From Kudoa neothunni (taxonomy: Eukaryota; Animalia; Cnidaria): DNA of 64,000 bases. The stretch lies in assembly GCA_964304625.1 (NCBI GenBank), contig OZ199838.1:6683731-6747730 (forward strand). Reading direction: 5' to 3'. Of this stretch, positions 14,301 through 25,967 are shown piece by piece (the first letter of the stretch is position 1; each line of letters begins with the position of its first letter). The position numbers were made by a program, and so were the translations under genes. The notes beneath the pieces were generated by a model. It had not been told where the DNA came from. It searched no databases and saw only the letters and a list, made by a program, of their open reading frames with translations.

Positions 14301-16082
14301 ATGAGAAATGGGGTAGGAAGTCTTTAAATGGATCACTAATAGATTGAATCCATTCAAAATAAATTTTTACTGTAAAACTTCATATATATTGGGGGTTATT
14401 ATTGGTATTAAAGTGTGGTCCCTACAAATATCATAATAACTCCATTACGCCTTACCAGCGCCACAATCCGAGTGAATTAATGAATTACCAGGAGAGAGGA
14501 TATATTAGGTTAGCAACTGAAAAAATATATCCGGTCAACTAATAAATTTTATCATTTTGTGTAACGTTCATGTACTTACTGTTTCAGTGTCACTAGAGAC
14601 CAACAAAATTTTCCTCTCATTCAACATACTAAAAGCCAACTATATTCAATTTGTTGTGTTGGAAACAATCACGCAATAAATAAGTAGCACATAGCTCCGT
14701 AGTGAGTATTCTTGACATTATCCAAATTTTTCTAATACAAAATTAAAATACTCAAAATAAACTTTATTAGATTATACTCCATAGTTGGCTGTTGGAATTT
14801 CCTCAAGGTTGGGCACAAATATTCGTCTCTAACATTTACATTTTAATTCAAAAAGTAAAAAAATGCGTCATTGTTGCGTAAAACGTTAACAATTACGGAT
14901 AATGATAGTTTTATCATTTGATTAGGATGAGTCACTTTGGTGTTGTACAACTTATCTAATATTGGAATAATTTGACTCTTCAAATAAATATCTGTTATAT
15001 CACCGTTACAACCAAAGGCTCTTATACTTTATCATTTTGATATTCATTTGTCAATTCGAGTAACGTCTGAAATGCATCAAACCATGGATTGGCTCTGCAT
15101 AAGATCAGTTAATATATTCAATATCCAAAGTGAATCAGCGAATGTAAATCTAATAACTTCAACATACGTCAATAGCCAATGGAATACACATGCGTCTGTG
15201 TCGTGGTAACAGAAACAGTAAGTCAATTCCCCGTTAATATTAGTTAGAACTATCGTAAAGTATTCCCAATGTTTTCTAAATAGAAAGTTTATAATTCTCT
15301 AATAGCTTAAAAATTGTACTTGGTGGAATTTTTGGCACAGGTTTCGCAGACATCCTTGATATAATTCAATTGCGGGTCTATTTCTATATGGGAAACGATT
15401 AAATCGTACACAAATGCGATCCATTCGTTTATCCACAAAAAATAATACCTCTGTCTTTGGGATAATGCATCCTGATTGACCTGGGTTGACCCACTAAACC
15501 CAAAATATTTTAAATACAACTTTTAATTCAAACACTTTTCTCATCTACCTGTATCAATTTTCAGCATATAATATCCATCAAATATATTTTCTATCGATTG
15601 TCTTGGCGAATTACAACAATTATCATAGAACAACTGCAAGTTACCTGCATCTTCGATTCATTGCTATTCAAATAATGACACGAAATTAGTTCTATAATTC
15701 GTTATAAGTAGATTAATTGGAAATAGATTATTTACTTTGGGGTACAAGTCGATAAGTTTCTAGTAATTTCAAGCCGTTTAACTTATCACTGGGCGTTTAT
15801 TATAGAAATAATAATTATTTTATTGCAAGGGAGAATAAATTTTCGATTTAAATCCCGAGATACTCGCTTACATTTTGGAATAGGCACTCGCCGGAAAACT
15901 GTCGACCTAATACCGCATACATACCACCCTAGTATACTTAAGTATAGAAGGAGATATAACAAAAATAAGACCGACTTTTTACACAAATCATTACTTCTTA
16001 ATAATAAGAAGACCCGCCTTATTCTAACACAATAATCTATCTCAAACTCAAGATTTTATCGACCTCACTGTAAACACTTCAT
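8311..16082 (-). CDS. DENND1: DENN domain-containing protein, DENND1/connecdenn-like Rab GEF (multi-exon, >20 exons)
   Basis: Manual GT-AG splicing gives uDENN EYFTIVLTNINGELTYCFC..LLTANPWFDAFQTLL, cDENN KNLDNV..LFIAMLNERKILLVS..LIYPLSWDHTLIPII..LPTPFLIGIH, and dDENN IFIPLMIKLIGNY..FIHFKMDQF..TLDIFE, all colinear with DENND1. A low-complexity tail ends at TAA 8311. Long introns lie at ~13101-14274, ~11650-12982 and ~9586-10889. The start (16082 vs an internal ATG near 15650) and some tail junctions are uncertain. Confidence 0.85.
12687..12859. mobile_element. MITE in a DENND1 intron (second copy at 24160-24386, opposite orientation)
   Basis: TIR ggctattgacacg / cgtgtcaatagcc. Internal blocks (ttttaatctaaaata, ttgatctataaaat, tacagtcaaaactaca) recur reverse-complemented at 24160-24386. 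Confidence 0.7.
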
Positions 16083-16199
16083 AACTACTGTCAGAATATT
16101 AACAACTTGTCTACGTTACGGTGAATAAATTAAAATTTATTGGTAAACTGACGACGAAAAAAATACAAAAAGATTATAAAAATATGAATTAACATGATT

Positions 16200-16700
16200 C
16201 TAAGAAAATGGCAATTGTTTAAAGTTCTCCTCACGAAATCCCCTAAATTTTATTTTGATTGGAGGCAGATTGGGCATTATATGCGCATGAAGCTTTTCTT
16301 CCATGTCACGTAGATCATTGGATTGTAAATATTTAGTGGTCTCAGCAAGCTCCTTTCTAATCAACAGTTTACCCTCGATACCCGCCCTCACTATTCCACT
16401 CGGACCAATTCGAGTCTAGAATCAAGAATATCACACAAAACTATTATCAATTTCCAGCTTATCCTACATAAAACCCAGGATACAAAATTTTTCTTTTCAT
16501 TATTGCGTATATCTCATCGTAGCGTCTCATAAGTTTTCCTTCCAATTAAATCAGCTAAATCACACAACAATCACACACGTACCATCGGAAACCCTCCAGC
16601 CACGGTAACGTTTCCTTACGCCACTGTACTCGTGCTTAGATAATGAAGTGGCGTTTTCATGGTAACATCTTTGAACGAGTTTGATTCCCCAAGCACTCAT
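16200..16700 (-). CDS. MRPL27: Mitochondrial ribosomal protein bL27m (3 coding exons)
   Basis: Spliced product MSAWGIKLVQRCYHENATSLSKHEYSGVRKRYRGWRVSDG|KLMRRYDEIYAIMKRKILYPGFY|TRIGPSGIVRAGIEGKLLIRKE...PFS*. The RGWRVxDG...(H/Y)PG..G..G.....G pattern matches invertebrate bL27m, and the N-terminus is presequence-like. Two short GT-AG introns (~16546-16582 and ~16419-16470). The frame stays open ~30 codons upstream, so the start is not certain. Confidence 0.75.
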
Positions 16701-17680
16701 TGTTTTGTTTGCGCAACTGCAACAGCCAACATTTAATCCTCCACTCAAAATTTTTAATCTTGCTGCTGGATTACACCCGAGGTGATCATACTAAAAATTA
16801 AAATATGAATGTAGTTTTTTAATGTATTGGATATTTTGAATTCATTAAAAACAAAGTTTCCCGATAATGGGGGAATATTGAGCGAACAGAACAAACTTAA
16901 AAATCATCACCTTAAAAAATATGATAACATCTGCCTTTGGTCTAAATCTGTGCGCGCGTACACTTATGAGCGTTTTGGTTTTCCGTTGTTTTCTACTCTA
17001 TTTGATCATTAAAACAACTTTTATACAACTAGTTTCGTTGGAATTGGACAATAATGACCATATTTTAGATTAGCGGTTACGATAAAAATCGGCCCTGTTG
17101 ATTGTTCTAATTTTTTGGATTTATCGGTGTTCCATCCCCAGTAGGTTACTTCCGGTGTTATATTTATTATCAGTAATAGATTTTATAATCTATTATATAT
17201 GGAACTCCTAGATCCGTGCAGCTATTTCATCAGATCATACAATTTAACCGATCGAACAAATCATTTTGAGAGGTATGATGTTTTCTTAACCTTATTAATT
17301 AGATGTGCAGAAAATATTTCTTCAGCTTTAAGACTTATTAATAAGTATCAAAATTAAGGGAGTGTATTGTTAAAATTAACTGGTCACCCTTTATATATAT
17401 AAAGGAGGACCTTCGGCACGTTTGTGTGTGCCCCTAAGTACGCATGTGCGAAAAATTTTTAAATCGTTTTTACGCTATCAAATGTTCATTAACTGCTGCT
17501 ATCTATCTTTATGTATAAGGTTGGCGTTTCTATTTTGGTGTCTGTTTAAATACGCTCCTTATTTGTGGGTTTTTAACGTATATGACTTGATAAGTATATT
17601 TTGAAGTTCTATTAATGGTTTTCAATGTGATAAAAAATCTATATACGTTTCATGAATAACGAATTTGTGGAGAATATTAA

Positions 17681-19849
17681 CCTTCTAAGTCACTGCAAAA
17701 TTTACACCCCACATTTTTTCTAAACCAAACGATTAAGAATTCGAAAATAATTATTTTTGAAAATTTTGAAGTATATTTATCGATTAAATTTGAAATTATA
17801 GACCAATATCTCTAGCTAAGCATGTGCCGCGCACGCGCATAAATCAAAATTGATCACATTGCAGAAGTAGAGTGTTTATTGACAATACGTTTAAGATTCT
17901 ATTTTAGGAAAGCTTTTAAGTAGCATTAGAATTATTTTGTTAAATGAACGAACAAAAGAATAACAATAAGAGTAAGAAAAAATTGACATATAATTATCGG
18001 TTTAAACAAATAAAACAAATATGATTGGAATGGAATTTGCAGCAAGATGAAGCACAAACGTCGCATTTTATTTCGGTTTTTCTATCATACTTCCTATCGC
18101 AAAATCGACATCTCCCGTAACTATTTTGTCCAGTTATAACAGAGGAATCTTCACTAACTGTCATATTTTGTTTCCGTCTCAAAAGCAGTCGATGTGTCAA
18201 TTGGGTTGCCATCATTTTCAAAAATTCCCTCCGGAGTAATTTTGAGGAAGGGAATAAATTTTTGTATATATAAAACGCATTAATCAGACTTATATCAACC
18301 ATGTTAAAGAAAACAATTAACGGCCAACGACAAGATATTCGTCTCACATTTATTGCTGCCAATAATCTGGAAATCGTATCAACTCCGCCTTTTACTGCAT
18401 TGTAATGCATTATGACATCGGGTTTTAGTGGCCTTTCTGTTGATATTTGGGTGTTTGTTGAGGAGGAACAAAGCATATATCTTGGTATCATTTTTTTGTT
18501 ATTAAAAATAAAAAGAGATGAATGAAGAGGGGTCGTTTTATCTGGTCTCAAATATGGTGGTATCTCTCTCTTATTTGAACGCATTGTTCCAACAACCGTA
18601 AGTTTTTTTGTAACAATTCATCCGCTAACTCAATAGACGTGAAAAAATTGTCACATACGACATTTCGACCAGAACGTTCAAATGGTTCCACTAACTTTAA
18701 AACAATATTCCTCCCAACATTCACAGCCCTCGTATCATTTTGAGATCGCTTTCCCAAACAGAAAATTGCATTGCAAACAAAATTTGACTTTGGGTCAGTT
18801 ATTAAAAAAAACTTTAGGCCATATTTTGAAGGCTTTTTTGGCATATAATGTTTGAATTTACAACGACCTTTAAAAGCCACAAGTTGCTCGTCGACCCAGA
18901 TATCCCAGAGTTCACGAATGTGGCAGAATTTATCTGATATTTTTCTTATCTCTCGTGTTTCGAAATCGTCGAAATGAAGAGCTCTCTTGATTTGTCGGAA
19001 TCTATTTAAAGAAAATAGGTCACGATAAACTTGTCTTCCCTCTTCTAACCCAAACAATTCTTTGACTGGTTGTTGATTATCATAAAATATTCCCATCAAC
19101 AATAAACATCCGATGAATCCATCGAATTCGACACTATCTAATTGCTTCCAAGCATCACCAAAAAAATGTTTACCGTATTGATTTGTATGTTTTAAAATTA
19201 AATCATACATTTCCTGGCGAAAAAACACTTTAAACGTATCAAGAATTTCATTAACATTCTGCAAAACGAAGGATGAAACACCAGCACGACTGGTCAAAAT
19301 ATTTTCGACCGCAGTTCTAGAAGTCGAGGGTTTTTCAATTGTCCATAAGGTTCCATTCTTATCTATTAAAGAGGCAGATGGAGCATTGGTTTCAACTTCC
19401 GAATTATCTGATGACGTATCACAGATAAAGGAATAATCCAGGTCAGAAGAATCAGTATCAGAGCAGCTGTCGCCATACTCGCTCGAGCTCATATTCCCAA
19501 CGTTCGAAAGCGCATGCGCGTTACAATATGACCAGTACTATTTGTTGATTTAAACAATAATTCGTCGATGAAATTGTATCAAATTTCCCAAAAGAATATT
19601 ATTTTGTATTTGAAATAATTTAATTTAATAAAAATGTGGGGTGTAAATATACCCCAATTTTACTCGGAGGGTATTTTGGCGTTATATTGTATTTTACAAA
19701 ACAAAAAAAATTTTGTATCAGATAGAATATATACTATATAACGTTAAAAGATTAGACGGAATATAAAAAATTTTAGACTTAGATTTGAGGTAAAAAATTA
19801 AAGATTAAATAGGCCTGGGGTATAAAAATACCCCATTTTACTTGGAAGG
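17681..19849 (-). mobile_element. Near-complete piggyBac transposon
   Basis: TTAA TSDs at 17677-17680 and 19850-19853. TIR ccttctaagt / acttggaagg. Subterminal inverted repeat tttacaccccacattttt / aaaaatgtggggtgtaaa, plus gggg..cccc palindromes. Confidence 0.95.
17994..19492 (-). pseudogene. piggyBac (PGBD4-like) transposase split by one frameshift
   Basis: ORFs 18548-19492 and 17994-18584 carry VDEQLVAFKGRC, YMPKKPSKYGLK, DNFFTS, YNAVKGGVD, RWP and a C-terminal Cys-rich domain CRFC..CDVC..CCKFH..CFIC. The frame changes at the A7 run 18603-18609, and there is an apparent in-frame deletion just before VDEQ. Confidence 0.92.
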
Positions 19850-20619
19850 TTAAAGTTACATTGATTGGAGCGTTATAATAGAAATACTGCGTTCATAGGT
19901 TTCATTAAATCGTCCGCTAAGTTTTACTTTACGTGATTAAATTCAACGCGAATGGCTGAACTTTTATTTCAACAAATTATTTAAATTGTTTATGCCGAGC
20001 TAAACGATGCTAATTTTTGCAATATCGATTGATTTTCATAATTTTTCTTATATCTCTTTTATTTTTTCTGTTTTTTTATCTCTTAAAAAGCTAATGGTGC
20101 ACACAGTTACCGAGCCACGAAATTTTTAAATAGACGCAGGGATTGATACTTTCCTCACAGAAATCATCATAATTAAATTGCATAATCCAAATCGTTATAG
20201 TAAGTTGCTTAAAATTTTTTATTTATTTTGTTTCTATGGGTTAATTCGAGATTTCAATATATTTTTTGAATGCTATTAAAAAACGCCTCTAGGCGAAATC
20301 TTCCCCAAGCAACGCTGGGCAGTTCGCGCTAGTTTGGTATAAATAATTAGGCGTGAATAATTTTGATGAGCTTGGAAAAAGTAATTACATTAGGAAGTGA
20401 AAATTAGTATTGACAATAAAATATATTAGCATGTAATTTCAGTCGCATAAATGTTTCAAAAGTTAATATTGCCGCATCGTATTAATCTATGCAACAATTG
20501 TATTATGAACCGAGCATGCACACAATAGAAATTATACCTATATTTATACTTCTCGAATAAAATAACCAGATTTAATTATATTTCTAATTATAAGCTTTTG
20601 TAATAGATTCCACAAAAAG

Positions 20620-21881
20620 AGTTGAAATGTAACCATAATAATTTTCACAAATATTACGGATTTTTTCCATTTTGCATTGATATTTGGATTGCATAAGACA
20701 TAGTTGATATCTTGTTCCACCAAGCTTTGAGTTTCTCAACAAACGTCTCTACATTAGAGTGGGATTGTTCAAATCTATTTTGAAAATGTAGGTGGAACAG
20801 TTCTGCGGCGTTGGTGATCCTGTCTATATTGTATTTCATTCTTCCGTATGCATTCCAATGTTGAATGGGATATTTGGACGAAATAATTTACGAATTCATT
20901 TAGTTTCGCGTTTTCATGGGTTGACATTTTTGCCTTCAATTTTTCAAATTCTTCAACCACCTTCGCAACGGGGACAAATGATAGAGATGAAAAACATTTA
21001 ATCAATAGGTTAATGTTTGGATTATTAGTATATATATATATATATATATCTGTAAGCCCTAATTTTTGAATCTGTCTCCAAAAGCATCGTCCTACATGGA
21101 ATAAACGTAAATATATGTTAGATAATTTCGATGCTTTTTTAAAGGTATTCATAGCAGCTAATTTTATATCTAAAATAATGTTATCAAGGAACTTGATATT
21201 CATGTTTTCAGTTAGAATACAAAGGACTTTCTCATATTCAATTTGGGTTTTTATTCGACATCAAAATATAAATTAATGGAAACACTTTAAAAAAATTTTC
21301 CCATGTATTATATAAAGTTTGTAAAATTGTTTGGGTACAACGTTAAACGTCCCGTATGTAATCCAAACTAACGAATTAATAAGATGCATTATATTAGTTT
21401 TAGTTGTAAATATAATCATCCTAGACTTAGATTGCGAACAAGAGTCATATAAGCAGAACTCTTCGTCCCTATGAGTTTTAATTCCTGATTTGGATAGATC
21501 GATATCTGTATTAATTAGAATATTTTTCCTCTTTCTTTGGTGTTGAATATTTTTATAAACCGTTCTCTTGGGAACAATGGGTAAATCATGAATATTCGTT
21601 GTGGTAGTTGCAATTGAGAGAACTTTACTTGTGGGATACTGTGTAGATTGCGATAATGATTTTATTTGGCCAACAAATTCGACCCTCTTAACGTCATCGT
21701 TGCTTACAATATGGTTATGATTACCACGTTTTTCAATATTCGAAATGGTATCTAATGGAGTAGTCGTAAGCCTGCCCTTACAAGCCCTCTTTTCACATCG
21801 CCAATATTGACAAGTCGATGTAGCGTAATCCTTAACATAAAAATCTTATAATTTAAGTTCGAAGGCAACTCGTTACTCATA
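20620..21881 (-). pseudogene. FLYWCH-MULE (Mutator-like) transposase remnant
   Basis: YWRCEKRACKGRL..GNHNH (FLYWCH); RMIIFTT..WITYGTFNVVPKQFYKLYIIHG..FPLIYILM (catalytic DGTF mutated to YGTF); LFHVGRCFWRQIQKLGL; LSFVP; TNAAELFH. Multiple stops, frameshifts and a (TA)n expansion. Confidence 0.88.
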
Positions 21882-24159
21882 TTTTTAACTTTACAATAGA
21901 TTTAATCAAAAATAAACTCTCACATGCCGAGTAATAATGTATTTTGTAGGCATAATAATAACATCGATATCTAAAGATATCGTTTATCTCTTAAATTAAA
22001 AAAATGTAGTTCTTAGATGTTCACCAAATATTAAAAAATTGTGTAAAACAAGTTTTTAATAAAATCGGGAATGTCGAGCATGCGGGAACGACTGAATTTG
22101 GTGAAGCGTATACTCCCCATTACCAGTTTTCCTTTTTTCATCAAATAATAAATGAAGGAAATTTAATTTATTTATAATTTTTAGATATCAAATATTAATT
22201 TTTAATTCGATTTTCGACTGTTTAATAAATATGTATAATATTTCAAACTAATTGGTCATTATAAATATTTTTTTTATTAAACAAAATCTTTTTTTAATTA
22301 TGTTATATGAGTTAAATAATGTGAAGTAAGTTTTATCTGTTATAAATATAAGTCCCACTCGCAATTAACACTTAGTGCCCATTATTACACAAAATAAATA
22401 TGACATGTCTCATATTCAGGGAAGCAAGGTAATTCTAGTTTTAATTAGTAACATGCTCCATTAAAAATATGACCTAATATGCTTTCTCGTTTTGTGATTA
22501 ATGAGGAACTATTTCTAAAACTAGCAAAGAACATTTTTCAGCGTAAAATTAGAGTAAGAACATAGGGCGAAAGTTTGCCACAATCTGATAATTGCGCGTG
22601 CACCTTAAATGTCTATGAAAACTTCTGCTTAAATAATATATATAACCATCAAACTAAACTCAAAATTTACAATTTTTAACTTTGTGTTATTTCCAAATGT
22701 ATGTTATCGCTAATGCTTCCAAATACAATACGTCGTAATATTGCTTGTAACATAATATTGGTTTATTATTTTCAAATTTTCATATTTCATTCTAGTTTTA
22801 TTTTCATAATTTTCAGATAATTTATTGTTAATTTGACATAAAATGTCCTGATGTACTAAAACTTTATGTTTTTTGAATTTTTTGATAAAATGAATATCCC
22901 TGTCGAATTTGAGATGAGTTTAATATTATTGAGGATTTACTCGTGAGAATTCCATTTTACCAATTGATACTTTTGGTTTCGGATTAAATTTTTCCTAAAA
23001 TTTAATTTGCAATCTAACGGTAGATTTTTTAATTCAACTATTGCATTATTTTATAAAATTATTTCTAGCAATAATTCAGTATATCGTTTGTTTATGATAA
23101 AAAAACATCTCAAAAAAATTTATAAACTAAACATAATGATAACGATTGGAGAAAAGAGGTTTGTTACAAAAATAAAAGTAGTTAGACAATGTATTTTAAG
23201 CATCTTAAAATAACTGAAATCGTCTACAAAATGTCACACTGTAATAAGGTAGGAAATAAGTTCCTAAAACACTTTAAACTTATTAAAATAATCGAATTAA
23301 ATAACATGTGTAATTTATATAAAGTTTATAGTACAAATATTTGTACATCGAATAGTTATTTCTCAAGTATTTTATTACAACTCACATGCTATCGGATGTG
23401 GTTCAGTTTTGTTATAGATGAATTATACGCAATAATATTTATGAGAACGTAGAAAAATTTCAATTAATAGTATTTTTAAAACAATTTCTACTTAGAATAA
23501 TGACAGTAAAATAAAATGCGCGACTTTATAATGGGGTGGATTTTCGTTGGTTATCGCTGAAACACGTCACACCTAGTTGAGTTGTGGCTTTAGTTAATAA
23601 TTTAATTTGTTTGTCATCTTTTCAGATATTTTACGACTTTAGTTTTAAATAATTCACAATATAAAATAATTTGTTGTAATTAGGTGCTGATTAGCGTGTT
23701 TCATGTATCCTCGACATTATCCGAGATGAATTCCTCGCAGATAATAGGGGCTCACTGTATTTCGCTCATAAAATTCAATCCAAATCATTTAATAAGTTAC
23801 TTAATAAAAAAATATTTATATTTCTTCTATTGAAGAAAACCGACATCACATTAGTAATTCATAAATATCCGCAGTTAAAAATACTTTAAAGGTTCTCTTA
23901 AGATTTCAGAACTAAATTTAAAAATTGATTATATTTTTAATTTGTTCTAATCAATATGAGGCGCCAAATTTTGATCCAAGATCCTAAAATTAGCAATGAG
24001 AGATACAGTATTTCCAAATTAAATTGCACGTTTTATTTTAACTGATTTAAAACATGAAATTTTAAAGATACACTTTATGAGTTTTAAGAATAATATTTGA
24101 GAGATTTATTATCAAACCTCGTAAGGTGATTTAACCATAATTGAACCATTTAATAACAG

Positions 24160-24386
24160 AAGTGACTATTGACACGACCGTAATATCCAGGTATGTGTAG
24201 TTTTGACTGTACTTAATTTTGGCTCATCTCTACCGCTCATAGATGCAAAATATAATTAAATACAGCAGGTTTTACTAAATAGATTTTATAGATCAATTAT
24301 ATATAGGAACTACCAGGATTAAAAATGGTAACCGCGCACGCGTACATGGTATTTTAGATTAAAAATTTTATGCCAATAGCCGGTGA
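24160..24386. mobile_element. MITE, same family as 12687-12859
   Basis: gtgactattgacacg ... tgccaatagccggtg, with internal homology in reverse orientation. Confidence 0.65.
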
Positions 24387-24818
24387 CTTTAATGACTCAT
24401 TAATGAACGGCCAAACAAATAGAAGGATCGCATCAATTTTTAACGTATATGTAACTATTACCGGGAAAATCATTAAAGTCTATGAGATAGTATATAATTT
24501 TTACCCACTAAAAAAGTGATGGCAGGAGTTAATTTCGTTAGTCGCCAGAAATTCATTAAGTAATTTATCGTCGACCATTTCATAATATCGTTTTATGCCA
24601 TATCGGAGAAATTGACGCGTGTAATTGATACATACGCACAAAAACAGTGCGACAGTGATGCAGTGTTATTTAATTCTTCTATGAAATGTGTCACTGTAGT
24701 TCTCGAATTAAGAAACAATCCAGAATTCATTAAAAGAGAAATGAGGGAATAATAATTCATAATCTCTTATCAGTCTATAGATTTTTTTACAGACATGTAA
24801 TGTAATAATCAAAGTTAA

Positions 24819-25864
24819 CCCTCCCGGGACCAAGCGGGGTCTCTGGTGACCTCATTTTAGATAAATCTTATTTTTAAAAATGAAAACCTCATGGATTTCC
24901 GTAAGAAAATAGTTTAATCTCAGAAAATATATTCGTATAATATATAAATTCAAGCTTTTGGAAAATATATGAATTTATCCTAGAAAAAATGTTTATATAA
25001 TTGAGCACATGTTCTCCATACGTCCCCATACCTAATGTTTTAATTTTGTATTAAAATTATTAAAAAATAAAAATAAAAAACGACATATTATCACAAGTAA
25101 TATATATTAAACCTTAAAGAAATGCTCTAATTCACGGAACGTATTGGTCCAAAGAGATCACTATGTGTGATCACGATATGTATTTTGTTCACGAAATATT
25201 GATCGAAAAACAAATATACGATGCTATAACTATAAAAAACCTATTCGCTCGTCTCACAGGTTCAAAAAAAGGTTTTATATTGTTAGACATTAGTTTTGAA
25301 TCCGATTGATGTTATCTTTGAACAAATTGTTTTCTCTTTAGGAAACCTCGGAATTAATGTAGTTTATTGTTAACTGAACCTATTGGAAATTTGTCGTATT
25401 TAATTTTTTTGTTTGAATGTATAAACGTACTCAAATACTTACAACCGTGATCCAGACTTAACCTTACTTTTAATGTTGTGATTAACAACTTTTCCGGAAA
25501 CCATGCCCGACTTCTTGGATGGTCGCTTGTGTGCATTTCTTATCTATATTTAATTCAATGCCACTATTATATTTCCAGAAACTTTCAACAACGTAAATTT
25601 GGTAAAACATGTGTTTTAAATATACAATAACATACGTTCTATTGCAGATGTTTATAATATTTAATCGAATAATTAATTACATTTTTTTCAATTTTATTCT
25701 CTCTAAAGCAAACTTCTAAACGATTTATGTAGCTACGTTATGAGTAATAATTATAACAATAACTTTTTGATTCCATTGCGCAATAGAATAAGAAAATAAT
25801 GATGGGGTTAAAAACAACCCCAATAGACGCATACTAAAGTTTTCGACACACGGTTCTTCGACGG
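24819..25864 (+). mobile_element. piggyBac deletion derivative
   Basis: TTAA|ccctcccgggaccaagcgggg start, degenerate right end, and gggg..cccc subterminal palindromes. A remnant of the C-terminal Cys-rich domain lies at ~25170-25260 (SRYVFCSRNIDRKTNIRCYNYKKPIRSSH). Confidence 0.7.
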
Positions 25865-25967
25865 TGAAAATTAGAGTACAAAAAATAATTTAAAACCACA
25901 AAGAAAATCAAAAATGTCACAATTAAGCAAAACAGATTAATATCGAATAAAAATAAGGAGAATAATG

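Larger units (their letters stand above)
17390..20332 (+). mobile_element. Probable non-autonomous Helitron interrupted by a piggyBac
   Basis: The 3' end has a GC hairpin cccaagcaacgctggg (20304-20319), then ~9 nt, then CTAG|T (20329-20333). The 5' end begins ttatatatataaagg..tttgtgtgtg, but the terminal TC is not intact. Confidence 0.5.

Noticed and set aside
17051-17391. hAT-Tip100-type MITE ending tggtcaccct
   Set aside because: The left TIR is too degenerate and there is no TSD, so it is not supportable as a feature.
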